Shown: positions 1 to 7,363 of the stretch, in pieces
Layout of the letters: the number at the start of each line of letters is the position of its first letter
Position numbering within the stretch: position 1 is the stretch's first letter
Assembly (NCBI GenBank): GCA_022821085.1
Contig: JAJEEG010000006.1
Span: forward strand, 268,405 to 332,404
Length of the DNA: 64,000 nucleotides
Direction: 5' to 3'
Origin: Candidatus Latescibacterota bacterium
GTDB lineage: Bacteria > JAAXHH01
Made by a program: the position numbers and the translations under genes
The notes under the pieces: model-generated
Told to the model about the DNA's origin: nothing
The model's input: only the letters and a program-made list of their open reading frames with translations
Database searches by the model: none

Positions 1-416
1 GCTTTCTGTGCGCGGGCAGATACACCCTGGTGGATCATACGGCGCTCAAGCGGCTGTTGCCCCTGTGCGAGGAAAGAAACATCAGTATCATCATCGGCGG
101 CCCCTACAACAGCGGCATCCTGGCACAGGGCGTCGTGGACGGCGCAAAGTTCGACTACCGCAAGGCGCCGCCGCATATCGTGGAAAAGGTGCGGCGCATC
201 GAAGCGGCCTGCAGACGCCACGGCACGCCCCTCAAGGCGGCGGCCCTGCAGTTCCCCCTGGCCCATCCGGCGGTGGCGGCCGTTATACCAGGTGCGCGGT
301 CGCCGGAGGAAGTGGACGAGAATGTGCGGATGTTCGAGGTCGAGATTCCCGCGGATTTCTGGTCGGAACTTCGGGAAGAAGGATTGATTCCGGACGCGGC
401 GCCGACCCCGGCGTGA
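1..416 (+). CDS. aldo/keto reductase family oxidoreductase, C-terminal part (gene starts upstream of window)
   Basis: ORF 30..416 translation (IIIGGPYNSGIL...KFDYRKAPPHIVEKVRRIEAACRRHG...AHPAVAAVIPGARSPEEVDENV) matches the C-terminal half of the AKR fold. The frame is open to the window edge. Confidence 0.65.
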   Translation, partial: FLCAGRYTLVDHTALKRLLPLCEERNISIIIGGPYNSGILAQGVVDGAKFDYRKAPPHIVEKVRRIEAACRRHGTPLKAAALQFPLAHPAVAAVIPGARSPEEVDENVRMFEVEIPADFWSELREEGLIPDAAPTPA

Positions 417-530
417 GGTGTGCGAGGGGGGCGGGTAGGTCCAAAAACACAGAAAAACACATTGTCAATATTGATTAAAATATCCATCAACCTATAAATC
501 TGTTTTGGATACATCCCCCCGGGGGCCTGC

Positions 531-585
531 TCGTCATCCGCCCGGCGGCCCGACATCCGCCCGGCGGCCCGACATCCGCCCGGAG
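531..585. repeat. 19-bp direct repeat x~2.5 (catccgcccggcggcccga) in the rhamnose-mutarotase upstream region
   Basis: Two perfect units and one partial unit, about 50 nt upstream of the 637 start. A 10-bp palindrome TCAATATTGA lies nearby at 465-474. Confidence 0.8.
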
Positions 586-636
586 CTCGTTTGAAGCGCC
601 CCGTGCTTCGCACCCCACAAATGAAAGGAGGTCCCA

Positions 637-993
637 ATGAGTGCACCCAAAACCGCACCGGAATCCACGCCTCAACGTTACGGCATGGTCCTCAAGGTCA
701 GGCCGGAACGGATCGAGGAATACAAGGAATATCATGTCGAGATCTGGCCAGGCGTGGCGAAGATGATTACGGAATGCAACATCACCAACTACTCCATCTA
801 TCTGAAGGACGGCTTCCTCTTCTCCTATTTCGAGTATGTCGGTGACGACTTCGAGGCGGACATGGCGAAGATGGCCGCCGACCCGGTCACGCAGGAGTGG
901 TGGGACATCATGATGCCGATGCAGGAGCCGCTGCCGACGCGGAAGGAAGGCGAATGGTGGGCGGAGATGGAAGAAGTGTTTCACCAGGACTGA
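637..993 (+). CDS. L-rhamnose mutarotase (RhaM)-like protein
   Basis: 118 aa with the YKEYH...VEIWPGV pattern typical of RhaM-like mutarotases. Strong Shine-Dalgarno (SD) sequence aaaggagg 8 nt upstream. Confidence 0.75.
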   Translation: MSAPKTAPESTPQRYGMVLKVRPERIEEYKEYHVEIWPGVAKMITECNITNYSIYLKDGFLFSYFEYVGDDFEADMAKMAADPVTQEWWDIMMPMQEPLPTRKEGEWWAEMEEVFHQD

Positions 994-1111
994 CATCGAT
1001 TTTCCAAAGTTGCCAATGGACGTTGCTACGATTATGTTACCGGTATCAACACGACAATCAGATCGTTAAGGCTGATAAGACCCTACCGGATATCAAAGAA
1101 GGAGAACGCCC

Positions 1112-2005
1112 ATGGCCCTCACCGAAGCGCAACTGGCGGAGTTCCACGATCGCGGTCTGGTGGTCGTGGAGGACGTGCTGACCGACGCGGACCTGGATCC
1201 CGTGATCGACGCCATGACCGAGTTCGTCGACCGTAAGGCGCGGGACCTCCACGCCGAGGGCAAGATCACCGACCTGCACGAGGACGAACCCTTCCTGACG
1301 CGCTACGCCCGGATCTTCGCCCAGAGCGCGGAGATCGGAAACGGCATGGACATCTACGACCTGCGGGCCAGGCCGGTCTTCGACTTCCTCCGGAACGACA
1401 ATATGCTTGACGCCGTGGAGTCCCTGGTCGGGCCCGAAATCACGTGCTCGCCCATCCAGCACCTGCGGGCCAAGCCGCCGTCCCGCCTGGACGCCAGTCC
1501 GTCGTACAACGTGCCCTGGCACCAGGATTCGGGGGTGAGCTGGGCGGAGTCGGACCGGACCCTGGCGTTGACGTGCTGGCTGCCCCTGGTGGACGCCACG
1601 GTGGAACGGGGATGCCTGGAGGTGATCCCGAACGTGATCCACACCGGCCATCTCGACCACGTGTCGGACGCCGGGACGCGCATCAAACCGGACCTCATGC
1701 CCGAGACCGAGGCGGAACCGGCCGAGGTGCGCAAGGGCGGGGTCGTCTTCCTGAGCCAGTACACGCCCCACCGGTCCACGCCGAACCTGACCGAATGGGA
1801 TGTGCGCTGGAGCCTGGACCTGCGGTACGTGGCCTACGGCGCGCCGACGGGCCGGCCCTTTTTCCCCGATTTCTGCGTGCGGAGCCGATCGAATCCGGAG
1901 CGCGTACTGACCGATCACCAGGCCTGGGCGGACAGCTGGGTCGCGGCGCTCGAGGAACAGCGCCGCAATCCCAAGCAGGCGCACCGCGTCGCGCAGGCGC
2001 CTTAA
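1112..2005 (+). CDS. phytanoyl-CoA dioxygenase (PhyH) family Fe(II)/2-oxoglutarate dioxygenase
   Basis: 297 aa with the PWHQD...H motif layout of the PhyH family. SD aaggagaa upstream. Confidence 0.75.
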   Translation: MALTEAQLAEFHDRGLVVVEDVLTDADLDPVIDAMTEFVDRKARDLHAEGKITDLHEDEPFLTRYARIFAQSAEIGNGMDIYDLRARPVFDFLRNDNMLDAVESLVGPEITCSPIQHLRAKPPSRLDASPSYNVPWHQDSGVSWAESDRTLALTCWLPLVDATVERGCLEVIPNVIHTGHLDHVSDAGTRIKPDLMPETEAEPAEVRKGGVVFLSQYTPHRSTPNLTEWDVRWSLDLRYVAYGAPTGRPFFPDFCVRSRSNPERVLTDHQAWADSWVAALEEQRRNPKQAHRVAQAP

Positions 2006-2055
2006 GGAGTACCATCATGCTTTGAGGCTCGCCCTTGGGCACCAGGTTTGGTGCC

Positions 2056-2229
2056 ATGGTATTCAGTCTGGTCGTCCCGGGACTGGGGCAGCTGTACCAG
2101 GGCCGCAGGCCGGCGGCGGTCATACATTTCGTCCTCGCGGTCATGCTGTGGATGCTGGGTTACGGTTGGATCGTGCATCTTTATTCCGGCGTCGAGGCGG
2201 CATTCCAAACTCCGGGCGGCAAGTGTTGA
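2056..2229 (+). CDS. small two-TM membrane protein (PGLGQLY motif)
   Basis: Hydrophobic 57-aa ORF beginning at the internal ATG at 2056 (the track's 2035 start is a non-ATG codon). An inverted repeat ggcacc..ggtgcc sits immediately upstream. Confidence 0.35.
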   Translation: MVFSLVVPGLGQLYQGRRPAAVIHFVLAVMLWMLGYGWIVHLYSGVEAAFQTPGGKC

Positions 2230-2343
2230 GGCAAGTGTTGAGGCCAGCGTTGCGACACGTAGTCGTTCGGGTCTTCATTGCAAAGTGAAATTCCGGGTAT
2301 TGTTACGAAACATATTAATACGAAACGATAATAGGAAAGAGGC

Positions 2344-3216
2344 ATGCTCATGAGTTTCGGCAGCGGCGCGTATACCTACGAAGTGCAGGAGAACTGGTTC
2401 AGCCTGCCGGAGGGCTGGTCCTTCGGCTGGATTACGGGCGTGGCGTGCGATTCCCAGGACCGGGTGTACGTTTACTCGCGGAGCGAGCATCCCCTGGTCG
2501 TGTTCGACCGTGACGGCCAATTCATCAAGACGATCGGCGACGGCATACTCAAGGATGCGCACGGTATCTACATCGACGGTGAGGACAACCTCTACCTCAC
2601 CGACTGGCTGGATCACTGCGTCCGCAAGTTCGACCGCGATGGAAACCAGGTGAGGGTGATCGGCATGCCCGGCGTTCCCGGTGCGACGGACGGCGAACCC
2701 TTCCGGAAGCCCACCGATGCCGTCGTCGCGACGAATGGCGACATCTACGTGTCCGACGGTTACGAGAATGCCCGGATCCACCATTACGACGCCGAGGGCC
2801 GCCACATCCACTCCTGGGGAAGCTGGGGCTCGGGTCCGGGCCAGTTCGAACTAAGCCACTGCGTCCGCATCGACCGCTACGACCGGCTCTGGGCGTGCGA
2901 TCGCACCAACGAACGCATCCAGCTCTTCGACCCGGAAGGAAACTACCTCGAGGAACGCACCGTTCCCGGCAAGCCCGACACCACCTTCTTCGACCCGGAA
3001 GAGGATATCGTCTACGTGGCCGAACTCGACCAGCAGGTGGGCATATACACCCTGGACGGCGACCTCGTCAGCAGCTGGGGAGGCGGACGCCGCAGTGACC
3101 GGCCGGGCGAGTTCGCAGGATGTCCCCACGGCATCTGGATGGACTCCCGCGGCGACCTCTACGTCGGCGAAGTCCAGGCCGACGCCCGTCTGCAGAAGTT
3201 CGTACGAAACCGCTGA
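2344..3216 (+). CDS. NHL-repeat beta-propeller protein
   Basis: Repeated D-x-x-G-x-I/L-Y-V-x-D blades (YVYSR, LYLTDW, IYVSDG, LWACDR, VYVAE, LYVGE). SD aggaaagagg upstream. Confidence 0.7.
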   Translation: MLMSFGSGAYTYEVQENWFSLPEGWSFGWITGVACDSQDRVYVYSRSEHPLVVFDRDGQFIKTIGDGILKDAHGIYIDGEDNLYLTDWLDHCVRKFDRDGNQVRVIGMPGVPGATDGEPFRKPTDAVVATNGDIYVSDGYENARIHHYDAEGRHIHSWGSWGSGPGQFELSHCVRIDRYDRLWACDRTNERIQLFDPEGNYLEERTVPGKPDTTFFDPEEDIVYVAELDQQVGIYTLDGDLVSSWGGGRRSDRPGEFAGCPHGIWMDSRGDLYVGEVQADARLQKFVRNR

Positions 3217-3232
3217 TTCGGATATGTGATCC

Positions 3233-4054
3233 ATGCGCATCATCGACCCCCATACCCACGTCTGGGTTAACGATCCCGCCTTCCCCTGGCCGGCGGAGAA
3301 CGACGCCCCGCCCGCCGAGGGCCGGACGGCCGAAATGCTCCTGGACCTGATGGACCGGCACGGCGTGGAAAAGACCGTCCTGGTACAGTACATCGGCTAC
3401 CGTTGGGACAATACATACGTTTCTCACGTCCTGCGCACATATCCGGACCGGTTTGCCGGGGTCTGCCGCGTCAATCCCGAAGATCCCGCCGCACCGGACC
3501 ACCTCGCCCACTGGGTGGAGGAGCACGGTTTCCAGGGCGTGCGGCTGAGTCCCGCCGAAGGACCTGTGGGGGACTGGTTCCGCGGTCCCCTGATGCCGCC
3601 GATTTTCCGGCGTGCCGAAGCACTCGGTGTTCCGCTGCTCATGCTGACGCGGCCGGGCCGCCTGCCCGACCTGGCGAACCTGCTGGTACGGTTTCCCGAT
3701 CTCGACGTCGTCGTGGACCACATGGCCGACGCGCATCCCGATCGGCCGGACGAAATCCAGGCCGTCCTCGACCTGGCCCGGTACCCCCGGGTCTACGTGA
3801 AGATCAGCCATACCTGGTCCATTTCGGATCAGGACTATCCCTGGACGGATACCCACGCCATGGTCGAGCAGGTATACCAGGCCTTCGGGGGCAGCCGCAT
3901 CATGTGGGGCACCGACTGGCCCGTCTGCCTCGCCAACGCCGCGTACGGCCAGACCCTGACGGTCGTCCGCGACGAAATGAAGTTCATCGCGCCGGAGGAC
4001 ATGCCCCGCGTGCTGGGCGGCACGGCCCTGGACCTGTGGACCTTTAATGAATAG
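3233..4054 (+). CDS. amidohydrolase-2 family metal-dependent hydrolase (sugar-lactonase-like)
   Basis: N-terminal MRIIDPHTHVW motif and TIM-barrel length (273 aa) are typical of PF04909 lactonases. Confidence 0.75.
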   Translation: MRIIDPHTHVWVNDPAFPWPAENDAPPAEGRTAEMLLDLMDRHGVEKTVLVQYIGYRWDNTYVSHVLRTYPDRFAGVCRVNPEDPAAPDHLAHWVEEHGFQGVRLSPAEGPVGDWFRGPLMPPIFRRAEALGVPLLMLTRPGRLPDLANLLVRFPDLDVVVDHMADAHPDRPDEIQAVLDLARYPRVYVKISHTWSISDQDYPWTDTHAMVEQVYQAFGGSRIMWGTDWPVCLANAAYGQTLTVVRDEMKFIAPEDMPRVLGGTALDLWTFNE

Positions 4055-4065
4055 AAGGAGCAACC

Positions 4066-4836
4066 ATGAACATCCTGATCACCGGCGCCGCGAGCCGGCT
4101 GGGACAGGCGGTGGCCGAAGCCCTGAAGGACCACAGGCTCCGCCTCGTGGACGAATCGCCCGTGGAGGCGCCAGCCGCGACCGGGGCCGAAACGCGCGGC
4201 GAATCGCCCGGCGATGCCGCCCAGGGCAGCCTGCTGGACCAGGACTTCGCCTGGCGGGCGGTCCGGGGCATGGACGCCGTCGTCCACACGGGCGAGCCGC
4301 CGCGGGACCTGCCGGAGTCCGAGGTGGAGCGCGAGAAGCACCTCCTGGAACTGGCCACGCGGGGCACGCACCAGCTCTTCAAGGCCGGCGTGGAGGCGGG
4401 CGTCAGGCGTTTCGTCTACGGCGGGACGCTCGATCTCTTCCGTCCCTATCCGGACGACGTGTACATCAGCGAGCTCTGGAAGCCGCTGCCCGAGCCCGTT
4501 ATGCCCGCCATGTCCCGCTACCTGGGCGAGCACACCGCCCGCGAATTCGCAAGGGACCACATGGTGACGGTTACGGGACTCAGGCTGGGGACCCTGGTCA
4601 GCGAAGAGGAAGTGGCCGGCCAGGCGCCCGACCTGCTGTGGCTGGACTACCGGGATGCGGCTCAGGCCTTTCGGCTGGCCCTGGAGCGGGACGACTCGGA
4701 CCAGGTCTGGTGGACCGGCCGGTACGCCATGTACCACATCTGCGCCGACCTGGAGAATCCGAAGTACCTCATCAACCAGGCCCGCAACCTTGGCTACGCG
4801 CCGGTCCACAACTTCGCGGCGAACTGGCGGGACTAA
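4066..4836 (+). CDS. NAD-dependent epimerase/dehydratase family, uronate-dehydrogenase-like
   Basis: ITGAASRLG Rossmann motif followed by LRLVD, as in uronate dehydrogenase (Udh). SD aaggagcaacc upstream. Confidence 0.65.
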   Translation: MNILITGAASRLGQAVAEALKDHRLRLVDESPVEAPAATGAETRGESPGDAAQGSLLDQDFAWRAVRGMDAVVHTGEPPRDLPESEVEREKHLLELATRGTHQLFKAGVEAGVRRFVYGGTLDLFRPYPDDVYISELWKPLPEPVMPAMSRYLGEHTAREFARDHMVTVTGLRLGTLVSEEEVAGQAPDLLWLDYRDAAQAFRLALERDDSDQVWWTGRYAMYHICADLENPKYLINQARNLGYAPVHNFAANWRD

Positions 4837-4854
4837 CGGCGTATTCCACTAGAG

Positions 4855-5580
4855 GTGCCATCCATGAAGAAAGTCCTGCTGCTCGGCGCGTCCGGGCTCA
4901 TCGCGCCGCACATCACCCCCGCGCTCGAGAAGGACTACGACCTGCGGCTGGCCGACATCAAGGACCATCCGGACGGGAGGCCCGTCCTCAACGTGGATGT
5001 GCGTGACTACGGCCAGGTCCGCGAGGCCATGGAGGGCGTGGACGCGGTCATGAACTTCACGGTCCTGCGCCACGACGACACGCTGAGCTTCCAGGTCAAT
5101 ACCATCGGGGCCTGGAACGTTATGAAAGCCGCGGCCGACGCCGGGATCAGGAAGGTAATCCACACCGGTCCGGCCCAGACCCTCCTGGCCTACGTGCACG
5201 ACACGGACATCCCCGTCGACGCGCCCGACGCGCCGTCCACCGACTACTACTTCATCACCAAGCACCTGAGCAACGAGATCGTCCGGAGCTTTGCCCGCCG
5301 CCACGAGATCCACACGGTCTGCTACCTGTTCCAGGGCCTGGCGCCCCGGCCGACCGAGCATACCGGAAAGAACTCGACACGAGGTTTTCTCATTATCCAC
5401 GACGATCTCGCCGTGGCCTGCCGCCAGGGCCTCGAACTTCCCTCGGTGCCCGGCTTCTACCAGGCCTTCAACCTGCATAGTCATTATGGACCGGGTCAAT
5501 ACAGCCTGGAGAAGGCCGAGCGCATCCTGAGGTACGCGCCGCAGGAGGCGTGGTGGCAGTGGCAGCGGCGGCCGGGTTAG
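4855..5580 (+). CDS. NAD(P)-binding uronate-dehydrogenase-like protein (paralog of 63101..63823)
   Basis: LLLGASGLIAP...LRLAD and YxxxK (YYFITKH) motifs. About 55% identical to the ORF at 63101. Confidence 0.7.
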   Translation: MPSMKKVLLLGASGLIAPHITPALEKDYDLRLADIKDHPDGRPVLNVDVRDYGQVREAMEGVDAVMNFTVLRHDDTLSFQVNTIGAWNVMKAAADAGIRKVIHTGPAQTLLAYVHDTDIPVDAPDAPSTDYYFITKHLSNEIVRSFARRHEIHTVCYLFQGLAPRPTEHTGKNSTRGFLIIHDDLAVACRQGLELPSVPGFYQAFNLHSHYGPGQYSLEKAERILRYAPQEAWWQWQRRPG

Positions 5581-5588
5581 CGCGTAGG

Positions 5589-5792
5589 TCAGTCTACCCG
5601 GAGAGAAGGTCTGTTGGTGGGTCTTGGATGCTTCCAGCCACGCCAGATCTTGTCCCGATAACCGCTGGTGAGCTTGATATCGATCTCGATGCCCATGGTC
5701 AGGATGTCTTCGTCATGCAATGTTTCCAGAATCGTGTTTTTTATGTGTTCAACGACCTCGGGGGTCAGAACCCGGCCTTTCTTCGTCGACAT
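5589..5792 (-). CDS. hypothetical small protein (67 aa) in AT-rich islet
   Basis: ATG at 5792 is preceded by SD aagggagg at 6 nt spacing. Sits in a low-GC segment. No recognisable family. Confidence 0.45.
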   Translation of the reverse strand: MSTKKGRVLTPEVVEHIKNTILETLHDEDILTMGIEIDIKLTSGYRDKIWRGWKHPRPTNRPSLRVD

Positions 5793-5808
5793 GTATGCCT
5801 CCCTTCGA

Positions 5809-6063
5809 TTAGTCCAGTAGTAGTTTGATTGTAATGGTGATGAGCAACCCAAAATTCGCAATGATACATGTAATCAGGGTTTTTCTCCACCAGCGGGCAT
5901 CGCTTTTCATTTCCTTCAACTGTTCGGCGTTGTATTCAATGAGTTCCCGCATGCCGTCTTCCGATGTCTCAAGACCGGACAGACGGCTTTTGACGCACTG
6001 GTCCTTGAAGTACACTTCCTCCATCAGTTCTTCCGTGTCTCTTTGGGTTTTATGATTGTTCAT
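5809..6063 (-). CDS. hypothetical C-terminally membrane-anchored small protein (84 aa) in AT-rich islet
   Basis: Charged N-terminal region and hydrophobic C-terminal TM (ITCIIANFGLLITITIKLLL). Lies 16 nt upstream of 5792 on the same strand. Confidence 0.45.
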   Translation of the reverse strand: MNNHKTQRDTEELMEEVYFKDQCVKSRLSGLETSEDGMRELIEYNAEQLKEMKSDARWWRKTLITCIIANFGLLITITIKLLLD

Positions 6064-6283
6064 CGTCGGGTTGTGCTCCTATCGGTGTGTGCGTGACATC
6101 GCTATGTTTATCCATTTATACTGGTTAATTGTGTATCATGATCTGTCATATTGAATCAGTTGGAATTCCGTTAAACATTCTCGCGGACTTTTTAAAAAAG
6201 ATGCAGGAAGCATGAAATAAACTCCGATCGGTTTAGTTCAAATTTAGACCGGATTCCTACAGCCAACCAAGGAGAATCACCCC

Positions 6284-7354
6284 ATGTCCAGTAACGCCCG
6301 GACCATTCGCGTATTCGTCGGCACCTACACCCAGACCACCAGCAAGGGCATCTACGTATATGACGTCGATACCGCCACCGGCGTCATGGAATACGTCAGC
6401 CACGTGGGCGGCATCACGAACCCGTCCTTCCTGTGCCTGACGCCGGACGCCCGCTTCCTCTACGCCGTGGGCGAGACGGGCGATCCTCACGGCGGCGTTT
6501 TCGCTTATTCCGTGGACGCGTCCGGCACGCTCACGCCGCTGAACAGCCAGTCGTCCGGGGGCGCCGGGCCCTGCTCCATCGACGTGCACCGGAGCGGCAA
6601 GGCCGTGCTCGCGGCCAATTACGGCGGCGGGTCCGTTTCCTCCTTCCCCGTGAATGACGACGGATCCCTGGGCGAGGCGGCGTCGGTCATCCAGCATACC
6701 GGTTCGAGCGTCGACCAGAGCCGCCAGCAGGAGCCCCACGCCCACATGATCCGCCACGACCTGGACTACAACTTCGTCTTCTCGCCGGACCTGGGCACCG
6801 ACAAGGTGATGATCTACGCCCTCGACCCGGACACGGCCGTGCTGACGCCCCATGGGGAGGCTTCTGTACCGCCCGGGTCCGGTCCCAGGCACATCGAGTT
6901 CCATCCCAACCGCCGGTTCGCTTACGTGATCAACGAGATGGGCAACACGATCACGGCCTTCGCCTACGACGGGTCGGCCGGCACGCTCACCGCGATCGAG
7001 ACCGTGCCGACGCTGCCCGACGGCTACGACGAGGTCAGCCACACGGCGGACATCCACATCACCGACGACGGACGGTACCTCTACGGATCCAACCGGGGCC
7101 ACGACAGCCTGGCCATGTACGCGGTGGACGGGGATTCGGGCCGCCTGTCGCTGCTCGGCATTGTGCCCACGGGCGGCGAGAACCCGCGGAACTTCGGGAT
7201 CGACCCGACCAACAGCTTCGTGCTCGTCGGCAACCAGAGCTCGGACACGGTCACCTACCACCGGCTCGACCCGGACACGGGCCTGCTCCATCTCTCGGGC
7301 GTCGTGGCCGAAATCCCCATGGCGGTGTGCCTGAAGATGATCGTGTTGGACTGA
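6284..7354 (+). CDS. lactonase, 7-bladed beta-propeller (6-phosphogluconolactonase-like, PF10282)
   Basis: VFVGTYT...GIYVY N-terminus and repeated propeller blades. SD aaggagaa upstream. Confidence 0.8.
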   Translation: MSSNARTIRVFVGTYTQTTSKGIYVYDVDTATGVMEYVSHVGGITNPSFLCLTPDARFLYAVGETGDPHGGVFAYSVDASGTLTPLNSQSSGGAGPCSIDVHRSGKAVLAANYGGGSVSSFPVNDDGSLGEAASVIQHTGSSVDQSRQQEPHAHMIRHDLDYNFVFSPDLGTDKVMIYALDPDTAVLTPHGEASVPPGSGPRHIEFHPNRRFAYVINEMGNTITAFAYDGSAGTLTAIETVPTLPDGYDEVSHTADIHITDDGRYLYGSNRGHDSLAMYAVDGDSGRLSLLGIVPTGGENPRNFGIDPTNSFVLVGNQSSDTVTYHRLDPDTGLLHLSGVVAEIPMAVCLKMIVLD

Positions 7355-7363
7355 TTTCGGCCC

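Noticed and set aside
8-478. 156-aa Arg/Gly-rich ORF overlapping the AKR gene in another frame
   Set aside because: Typical high-GC shadow ORF. The 30..416 frame has clear AKR homology and codon-like composition.
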